The notes under the pieces were generated by a model. The model was not told the DNA's origin. It did no database searches and was given only the letters and a program-made list of their open reading frames with translations. Made by a program: the position numbers and the translations under genes. Source: Alphaproteobacteria bacterium (GTDB lineage: Bacteria; Pseudomonadota; Alphaproteobacteria; MPNO01). Taken from it: a stretch of 64,000 nucleotides of DNA. Every line of letters starts with the position of its first letter. Positions within the stretch are counted from its first letter, which is position 1. Shown here one piece after another: positions 57,224 to 64,000 of the stretch. The DNA lies in assembly GCA_965248835.1 (NCBI GenBank), contig CBDFLJ010000002.1, positions 1,664,001-1,728,000 of the forward strand. The letters are read 5' to 3'.

Positions 57224-58192
57224 TCAGGAAGAACTCGCCGCCGGGTCAAGCCGGGGGAACAGCGCGCGTGCGTTGGCGTATTCCATCATCGTGCGCGCGG
57301 TCTCGTCGAAGCCCGCGTAGCCGTCGGTGCCGGCGGTCTCCGCCTCGGCAGTGCGTTCGGGGATATACGGATAGTCGGTACCGAACAGGATCCGGGCCGG
57401 ATCGGCCAGCGCCTGCAAGGCGGCCAGCACCGCCGCATCGCCGGACAGCGCGGTGTCGTAGTAGAGCCGGCGGAAATACGCCCGCGCGCCCTCGGGATAC
57501 CGCTCCCGATGGGCGGTCAGATCATCAAAGATCTCGATCCGGTGGGCAAGCATCGGCAGCACGCCGCCGGCATGAGACAGGATGAAGGCGATGCCGGGCA
57601 TCTCGGCCAGGACGCCGGTGAACAGAAGATTGGCCGTGGCCCGCGTCGTCTCGCATGGGTAGTCGACGATCGGCCGCGGGACCACGTGGTCGCGCTCGGC
57701 GCTTTGCGGCGGATAGGTCGGATGGAGCAGCACCACCGCCTTCCTGCGGTCGAGCTCGCGGTAGATCTCGTGGAAGTCGGCATGGCCGGCATAGCGGTCA
57801 TCGACCTGGGTCAGATGGATGAAACCGTCGAGCCCGAGCACGTCCTGGCAGCGGGCGATCTCGGCAAGGCAGGCCTCGGTATCGGGAAATGGCAGTATGG
57901 CGAGCGCGCCGAAACGTCCGGGATGGGCGGCCACCAGGTCGGCCAGATAGTCGTTGCAGCGCCGCGCGAGCACCGCGGCCGCCGCACGGTCGCCGAAATA
58001 GACCCCCGGGGCGGTGAACGACATGAGCGCCGTCGCGATCCCCAGCCTGTCCATCAGCGCGAGCGAGGTTTCGGGCGACCAGTCGGGGAAGGCGCGATAG
58101 GCCGTCGAGGGATAGCCTCCGGCGGTCTGCGCTTCGCGGAAGAACGCCGGCAGCACATGGTGGTGCACGTCGATTCGATCCTGCCTCGCCAT
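57224..58192 (-). CDS. Amidohydrolase-2 family non-oxidative decarboxylase-like protein
   Basis: IDVHHH, LHP, ETTRA, SHAGG, FGTDYP; RBS GAGGAGG. Confidence 0.88.
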   Translation of the reverse strand: MARQDRIDVHHHVLPAFFREAQTAGGYPSTAYRAFPDWSPETSLALMDRLGIATALMSFTAPGVYFGDRAAAAVLARRCNDYLADLVAAHPGRFGALAILPFPDTEACLAEIARCQDVLGLDGFIHLTQVDDRYAGHADFHEIYRELDRRKAVVLLHPTYPPQSAERDHVVPRPIVDYPCETTRATANLLFTGVLAEMPGIAFILSHAGGVLPMLAHRIEIFDDLTAHRERYPEGARAYFRRLYYDTALSGDAAVLAALQALADPARILFGTDYPYIPERTAEAETAGTDGYAGFDETARTMMEYANARALFPRLDPAASSS

Positions 58193-58268
58193 CTGGTCAC
58201 CTCCTCGTTGCGCGAACCCGCGGAATGGCGAACTATAGCCTCACCGGACAAAGATGCGAGGACGCGCC

Positions 58269-58868
58269 ATGGCCGAAACCGGTATTGCAGCCTTCGAAAG
58301 GTTCGTCGCCGAGACTCGAGCGCTCTACGAAGACGGGCTGGAGGGCGAGACGCTGTGGCGGGCGATCGCGGAGCGGCTGGAGGATCTGGTCGGCGACCAG
58401 GACTTCAAGCGCCTGACCGACGATTGGCCGATCGGCGACGGCAAACAGTACGTGCTCTACGAGGACCCCGACCACGGCTTCGTCATCGACGGGCTGGTGC
58501 GCGGCCACTACCACAAGGCGGCCAGGCATGACCACGCCCATACCTGGACGGCTTACGGAATCGTGACAGGCTGGGAACGGATGACGCGCTATACCAGGAC
58601 CGATGACGGCACGGACCCCAAACGCGCCGACCTCGAGCTGGTCTCCTCGGAGATCTGCCGGGAGGGGACCGTCGACGTGATCCCGCCGTGGGACATCCAC
58701 ACCGAGTCCAACGACGACAACCGCGCCGTCGCACTCTCGGTGAGGAGCGAGACCCTGGGCCATTTCGACCAGACGATCTTCCGCGAGGACGGTACGCTCG
58801 GCGTGGTCCGGGGCCTGAAGCGCATCGACTTTCCACTTCTACAGGGACGGACATGGGCGAGCACCTGA
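58269..58868 (+). CDS. Cysteine-dioxygenase-like cupin
   Basis: LYEDPDHGF, HDHAHTWTAYG, DIHTE. Confidence 0.75.
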   Translation: MAETGIAAFERFVAETRALYEDGLEGETLWRAIAERLEDLVGDQDFKRLTDDWPIGDGKQYVLYEDPDHGFVIDGLVRGHYHKAARHDHAHTWTAYGIVTGWERMTRYTRTDDGTDPKRADLELVSSEICREGTVDVIPPWDIHTESNDDNRAVALSVRSETLGHFDQTIFREDGTLGVVRGLKRIDFPLLQGRTWAST

Positions 58869-59701
58869 ACGATGCACAGATCGAGCAATACCACCGCGAC
58901 GGCTATGTCTGCCCGATGCGGGCACTGGGCCGCGACGAGGCGGCGGCGGCGACCGCAAAGCTCGAGGCCTTCGAGGCCGAGCACGGGGTCGAGGCGCAGC
59001 AGAAGCTCGTCTTCAAGGCCCACCTGCCGTTCAAGTGGCTCAATGACCTGATTCGCCACCCGCGGATCCTCGATGCGGTCGAGGACGTGATCGGGCCCAA
59101 CCTGTTGTGCTGGGGGACCGGCTTCTTTCAGAAGAACGCACGTGATCCGCGGTTCGTGTCCTGGCACCAGGATACGTTCTATTACGGGCTCGAGCCGTCG
59201 GAGACCTGTACCGCCTGGCTCGCCTTCACGCCCTCGAACCTGGACTCGGGGTGCGTCCGGGTGATCCCGGGCTCGCACCGCGAAGACCCCAACCTCGCCT
59301 TCGTCAATGAGCCCAACGAGCACAACCTCCTGATCCGCGGCCAGACCATCAAGGGGATCGAACTGGACCGGGCCCGGCCGATGATCCTCGATGCCGGGGA
59401 ATTCTCGCTGCACCACGAATCGATCGTCCACGGCTCGGATCCCAACAACTCCGATCACCGTCGGATCGGGCTTTCGATCCACTACATTTCGCCCGACGTG
59501 CGGCGCGCACAGTACAATTTCGGCGCCAAGCCCGGCGCGACTCTGGTGCGCGGCATCGACCCGTACGGCTATTGGGAGCACGAGGCCGCGCCGGAAGACG
59601 CGTTCGACGCCGAGGCGTTCGCGTTCTTGAACAGGATGCGGGCGGAGTTCTTCCAACGCGGCCGCGACGGGGTGAAGGCCGACAAGCCCGCGCGCACCTG
59701 A
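58853..59701 (+). CDS. Phytanoyl-CoA dioxygenase (PhyH)-family 2OG-Fe(II) oxygenase
   Basis: YHRDGY, WHQD, NLDSGC..IPGSH, VHGS, RRIG. Confidence 0.9.
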   Translation: MGEHLNDAQIEQYHRDGYVCPMRALGRDEAAAATAKLEAFEAEHGVEAQQKLVFKAHLPFKWLNDLIRHPRILDAVEDVIGPNLLCWGTGFFQKNARDPRFVSWHQDTFYYGLEPSETCTAWLAFTPSNLDSGCVRVIPGSHREDPNLAFVNEPNEHNLLIRGQTIKGIELDRARPMILDAGEFSLHHESIVHGSDPNNSDHRRIGLSIHYISPDVRRAQYNFGAKPGATLVRGIDPYGYWEHEAAPEDAFDAEAFAFLNRMRAEFFQRGRDGVKADKPART

Positions 59702-59713
59702 CCCGACGGCGGG

Positions 59714-60844
59714 ATGCGACCTGCGACCCGGATGGACGGGCCGAACCGGTTCAAGCTCGGCCTGTTCTGCACCAACAGCTCCGGCGGGGTCGCGATGACC
59801 ACGGTGCCGGAACGCTGGGTGGCGTCGTGGGAGAACAACCTCACCGTCACCCGGATGGCCGAAGCGGCCGGTTGGGAGTTCACCCTGCCCATCGCGCGAT
59901 GGCACGGCTATCGGGGAAAGACCGACACCCAGGGCAGCGCGATGGAGACGCTGACCTGGGCGGCCGCGCTGCTTGCCAGCACCGAGGCGATCACCGTCTT
60001 CGGCACGCTGCACGTACCGCTCATCAACCCGGTGTTCGCGGCCAAGCAGATCGTCACCGCCGATCTCGTCGGCCGGGGGCGGTTCGGCCTCAACATGGTC
60101 TCGGGCTGGCACCCGGAGGAGTTCGCGATGTTCGGCATCGAACTGCGCGAACATGAGGAGCGCTACGCTTTCACCGCGGAATGGCTGGAGATCGTAACCC
60201 GCATCTGGTCGGAGACGCTGCCCTTCCACCACAAGGGCAGGTTCTTCGACCTCAAGGGGGTGAGCCTTGCGCCCCAGCCCTATGGCGGGGGCCGGCCGCT
60301 GCTGATGAGCGCGGGCTCGTCTCCGGCCGGGCGCGCGTTCGCCGCCGCCCATGTCGATTGCATCTTCGCGGCCTTCCCCGACCTCGATGCGCTGCCGGGC
60401 GAAATCGCCGCGATCCGCAAGATGGCGGACCCGCGTCCGATCGGTGTGTATGCCAGCGGCCACATGGTGTGCCGCCGCACCCGGCGCGAGGCGCAGGAGT
60501 ACTATCACTACTACACTTACGAGATGGGAGACTGGGACGCGGTCGAGCACACGCTGAGCATCCGCGGCCAGTCCCGGTCGATCCCGGCCGAAAAGCTCGC
60601 CGCCATGAAGGAGCGCCTGGTCAGCGGCGTCGGCACCTTCCCGGTCGTCGGTTCGCTCGACGACTGCGCCGAGACCTTCCGCCGCATGAGCGAGGGCGGG
60701 CTCGACGGCATGGCGCTGGGCCTGGTCAACTACATCGACGAACTGCCCTTCCTCGAGGCCGAGCTCCTGCCGCGCATGGAGCGCCTGGGGCTGAGGCAGC
60801 CCGCGCGCGCCAAGTCGATACCTCCAAAAACCTCACAGGCCTGA
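59714..60844 (+). CDS. Luciferase-like flavin monooxygenase (RutA/SsuD-like)
   Basis: FKLGLF, PIARWHGY, GRFGLNMVSGW, SAGSSPAGRAFA. Confidence 0.9.
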   Translation: MRPATRMDGPNRFKLGLFCTNSSGGVAMTTVPERWVASWENNLTVTRMAEAAGWEFTLPIARWHGYRGKTDTQGSAMETLTWAAALLASTEAITVFGTLHVPLINPVFAAKQIVTADLVGRGRFGLNMVSGWHPEEFAMFGIELREHEERYAFTAEWLEIVTRIWSETLPFHHKGRFFDLKGVSLAPQPYGGGRPLLMSAGSSPAGRAFAAAHVDCIFAAFPDLDALPGEIAAIRKMADPRPIGVYASGHMVCRRTRREAQEYYHYYTYEMGDWDAVEHTLSIRGQSRSIPAEKLAAMKERLVSGVGTFPVVGSLDDCAETFRRMSEGGLDGMALGLVNYIDELPFLEAELLPRMERLGLRQPARAKSIPPKTSQA

Positions 60845-60888
60845 TCCCGATATGATCCTCCCCGGATGGCCGGCGGAATGGGTGAATC

Positions 60889-61075
60889 TTGACGAGACAT
60901 GCGGGATTGTCCGGCTTACCGGATCATTAGCGCAGGCATTGATCGACCGGCGATCCACTGGAAATGCCGGCGCGGGCGGTCGACTTCGAGATCTTCCGCG
61001 AACCGCTTGAAGCGGCACTGGACTATTCGGACGCCTCCGAAGGCGGCCGCCCGGCCGGCGACCCGGAGATGAGCT
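60889..61075 (+). pseudogene. Degenerate IS5-family transposase N-terminal remnant
   Basis: One frame reads TRHAGLSGLPDH*RRH*STGDPLEMPARAVDFEIFREPLEAALDYSDASEGGRPAGDP, matching the recalled IS5 pattern GDPL...VDFE.FR..L......GGRP..DP; two in-frame stops; similarity ends after DP. Confidence 0.75.
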
Positions 61076-61324
61076 GTTTGCTGCCTTCGATTGCGCGCTT
61101 TGTCGTAGCGACAATCTTACCGTCAAGCTGCCCGCCGTGGCAGCCTGAGCGTCCCCGCCCTACCCGCCGGATGCCGCGTAGGACGCCAGGCTCTTACACC
61201 ACCGAGGCGCACCTTCGGTGCTAACCCATTGAAGAAGGGTCGTTTTTCTCTCCCGTCGAAGCCGGCCAGGAACGGATTCTGCAACTGTCTGTTCCCCGGC
61301 TGCAACCGAAACCGGGAGACATAG

Positions 61325-62446
61325 ATGCCCAACCTTACCCTCACCGAGGCCCGCGTCAGGGCGCTCACGCGCCGCAAGGCCGCCTACGACATCCGCGACG
61401 GCCAGCTCAGGGGCTTCGGCGTCCGGGTGCTGCACTCGGGTCGGAAACGTTTCTTCGTCCACTGCCAGCATCGCGGAGAACGCGTCTGGAAGATCATTGG
61501 CGACGCCGGGACCATAACCGTGACAGAGGCGCGATCCCGCGCCGCCGAAATGCTTGCAGCAATCCGGCGGGGCGAGGACGCACCCTGCCGGCCCGACGAA
61601 ACGCTCTTCGAGGCCGTCGCCGAGACCGTGTTCGAGCGCTACGCGCGGGTCTGGAAGGCCGGGACGCTTTATGTCAACCGGAGCTATCTCCGCAATCAGC
61701 TCCTGCCGCGCTTCGCGGGGCGCGCCATCGCCGATATCGACCCTGAGGACGTCCGCAAGTGGTTCGCCGCCCTGCGCGCGACGCCGGTCGCGGCCGACAG
61801 GTCCATGCCGGTTCTGTCCGTCATCATGAGAGAGGCGGAACGGATGGGCCTTCGGCCGGAGGGGTCCAACCCCTGCCGGGGCATCCGGCGCTATCGCCGG
61901 AAGGGGCGCGAGCGCTTCCTGTCGGACGACGAGATCCGCCGGGTCTCCGCCAGGCTGTCGGCGCATCAGCCTGCACAACCGCAACAGGTCGCCGCCATCC
62001 GGCTCCTTCTCCTGACGGGCTGCCGCAAGAGCGAAATCCTGACCCTGCGCTGGTCCGATTACCGCGAGAGACATCTCTTCCTGCGCGATAGCAAGACCGG
62101 ACCCCGAACCGTCTGGCTGTCGCAGCCGGCCAGGCGCATCCTCGACATGCTGGGGCGGACGAGCCCATGGGTCTTTCCGGCGTCGCGAACGAACCGCCCT
62201 CGGAGCACGCAGTGGCTGCACAACTTCTGGCACCGTCTCCGTAGGGAGACGGAGCTGTGCGATGTGCGTCTTCACGATTTGCGCCATACCCATGCGAGCC
62301 TTGCACTGAGACAGGGCGAAACCGTCCTGGCGATCGGCAGGCTGCTCGGTCACCGGAATCCGGAGACGACGCTCAAATACACGCATCTGGCCGACACAAT
62401 GGTTCGCGAAGCTGCCGAGACGGTCGGCGCCGTGCTGGAGGGCTGA
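61325..62446 (+). CDS. Tyrosine integrase with N-terminal arm-binding domain
   Basis: LRGFGVRV..SGRK, TGCRKSE (R), DSKTG (K), HDLRH, LGH, KYTH (Y); RBS GGGAG. Confidence 0.95.
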   Translation: MPNLTLTEARVRALTRRKAAYDIRDGQLRGFGVRVLHSGRKRFFVHCQHRGERVWKIIGDAGTITVTEARSRAAEMLAAIRRGEDAPCRPDETLFEAVAETVFERYARVWKAGTLYVNRSYLRNQLLPRFAGRAIADIDPEDVRKWFAALRATPVAADRSMPVLSVIMREAERMGLRPEGSNPCRGIRRYRRKGRERFLSDDEIRRVSARLSAHQPAQPQQVAAIRLLLLTGCRKSEILTLRWSDYRERHLFLRDSKTGPRTVWLSQPARRILDMLGRTSPWVFPASRTNRPRSTQWLHNFWHRLRRETELCDVRLHDLRHTHASLALRQGETVLAIGRLLGHRNPETTLKYTHLADTMVREAAETVGAVLEG

Positions 62447-62449
62447 GGC

Positions 62450-63505
62450 ATGGCAAGCAAGGAACGCATGCGGCTTAGCGACGCCGCCGTCGCCCGCCAT
62501 CGCCCTCGCGAGCGGGAATATACGGTCTGGGACACGCGCATTGCCGGTCTCGGCGTCCGGGTTCGACCGTCCGGTGGGCGGAGCTGGATATTCCTGCGCA
62601 AGACCGGCGGTGGGACTCGCAGGATATTCCTCGGTCAGGCGGAGCTGAAGACAGTCGAGGAGGTTCGCCGCGAGTGCCATGCGCTCGCGGCGGAACCCGG
62701 CAGCGAGGACAAGCCGGACAAGATCCGCCATGCTGTCCCGTCGTTCCGGGACTTCGTCGCCGGCACATGGAAAGAGGCCCATTGCGACCGCTACAAGCCG
62801 TCAACCCAAAGGGGCGTGCGATCCATCCTCGCCGGGCAACTGCTGCCCGCCTTCGGATCGAAACCGCTGGACCGCATATCCCCGACACAGGTCAGGCGCT
62901 GGTTCGACATATACAGCCGAACCGCCCCGGGCGGCGCCAACCGTGCTCTCGACCTTCTCCGGCAGATCATGAACGTCGCGGTTGCCTGCAGCCATATCGA
63001 CACCAACCCGGCGCGCGGCGTCAAAAGGAACCGGCGAGCGGCGCTCAACCACGTCGCCCTCCACCACGACGCGAGCGCCAGCGCCGGGCGCTACAACAAG
63101 CGCCTCCTGCCCAAGGCCGCGTTCGCCTCGATGACCGCGACCATGAGTCAAATCAGGAAGACGCACTATGAGCAGACCTTGCCCTGGGACGACCAGGGCA
63201 GCCGGCTGCTGACCGTCGCCAACTACGAGCGCTACACCGATCTTCTGGACGCGCTCCGGGAGCGCGTGGTGCGCGAGCGCGCCCGCTTCATCGAGGACTA
63301 CGACAGCAACATCGACCAGGCCCGGCTCGACCTCGGAAAGCTGTTCCGCATCGACGACTATCCCTCGAAGGAGGCGCTGCAAGGCAGGTTTGCGATCCGC
63401 TACCGCATCACCCCGGTCCCGGACGCGGACCATTTCATCGCGAAGCTCGCCTGCGACGACACCGACCGGGTCATCCATTTCTCAAAGATCGTGACCTCGG
63501 CGTGA
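62450..63505 (+). pseudogene. Chimeric ORF: N-terminal half of a second tyrosine integrase fused in frame to a DUF3150-like fragment
   Basis: WDTRIAGLGVRVRPSG..TNPARGVKRN to about 63046, no catalytic domain; then AGRYNKRLLP..HYEQTLPW..LGKLF..DYP..PVP to about 63472. Confidence 0.75.
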
Positions 63506-63861
63506 TGCGGATGGCGCTCGCGTTCAGGTTCGTCGAGCCAGCCCAGAAAACGCAGCCACTGGACTCCGCTGCTGGCAAACTGTTTGCGCGCCTTGGTGGA
63601 AGCCGCCCGGTCGCATCTGCGCCCTCTCGGTCGTGCCCAGATCGCCGCTGCAGCCTCGATCCGGGGAATGCTGACCCTGTCGCCCTCTTGTAAATCCAGA
63701 ATCCGGACAAGGTTGAGCTGGGCGTTGGCCCATTTGCGCAGGGTGCTTCGACAAGAGCCGACTTCCCTGAGATGGTGAAGGTATCGCTTCCGCTGCTCGG
63801 CCAGCGGCGCGGCCTCGTACTTGGTGATGAATGCGGGAAGGATGAAGAGTTCGTCGAACAT
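63472..63861 (-). pseudogene. Truncated RIT-type tyrosine recombinase (RitA-like N-terminus)
   Basis: MFDELF..APLAEQRKRYLHHL..WLRFLGWL..HPH..FEKWM then similarity ends; RBS GGAGG; ORF runs on to a stop at 63400. Confidence 0.7.
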
Positions 63862-63917
63862 GATCGTACCTCCGTAAAGATGGAGTTCCGATCATGCCAG
63901 CGGCGCCGCGTCGTACC

Positions 63918-64000
63918 ATTATGTTGCGGTGATTGTGACGCCTGCCAGACCGGATGGGTCCGGCACGAGCCACAGCAACATAATGAGCACCGCAACATAT
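63918..64000. repeat. Recombinase-binding repeat set (RIT-like element end)
   Basis: ATTATGTTGCGGTG at 63918-63931; inverted copies CACAGCAACATAAT at 63971-63984 and CACCGCAACATAT at 63988-64000 (17-bp period). Confidence 0.75.

Larger units (their letters stand above)
60817..64000. mobile_element. Decayed composite mobile region extending past the window edge
   Basis: Abrupt switch from catabolic genes to an IS remnant and three recombinase genes; left boundary approximate. Confidence 0.8.

Noticed and set aside
58853-59701. SyrB2-type halogenase
   Set aside because: Keeps HQD; halogenases have Ala or Gly in place of the Asp
1-64000. CRISPR arrays, rRNA, retron/reverse transcriptase, recognisable defence systems, selenocysteine read-through
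   Set aside because: No spaced repeat array or matching motifs seen by eye; intergenic regions are short; subtle RNAs cannot be excluded without a covariance-model scan

Overview
GC-rich bacterial chromosomal window, most likely an alphaproteobacterium. The tRNA-His keeps G-1:C73, which argues against the Rhizobiales/Rhodobacterales/Caulobacterales/Sphingomonadales clade and fits a Rhodospirillales-like lineage. Bases 1-60.8 kb are a dense patchwork of about 50 catabolic and transport genes for aromatic and N-heterocyclic compounds: three Rieske oxygenases, several non-heme Fe dioxygenases, flavin monooxygenases, amidohydrolases, TPP enzymes, a GS-like ligase, a CADD-like diiron protein, a PreA-like protein, a molybdo-hydroxylase large subunit, a PchF-like flavoprotein, TRAP and MFS transporters. 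It also holds tRNA-Thr(GGT), tRNA-His(GTG) and a Cpx-like two-component system with a Spy-like target. Partner reductases/subunits and one-component regulators are conspicuously absent. From about 60.8 kb to the end is mobile-element debris: an IS5 remnant, an intact tyrosine integrase, a second integrase fused in frame to a DUF3150-like fragment, and a truncated RIT-type recombinase with its repeat-bearing end. The best candidates for undescribed biology are the Rieske + GS-like + TPP operon and several enzymes with altered active-site motifs. All product calls come from motif recognition by eye, with no database searches. Start codons were often moved from the ORF track to the best RBS- or overlap-supported start.
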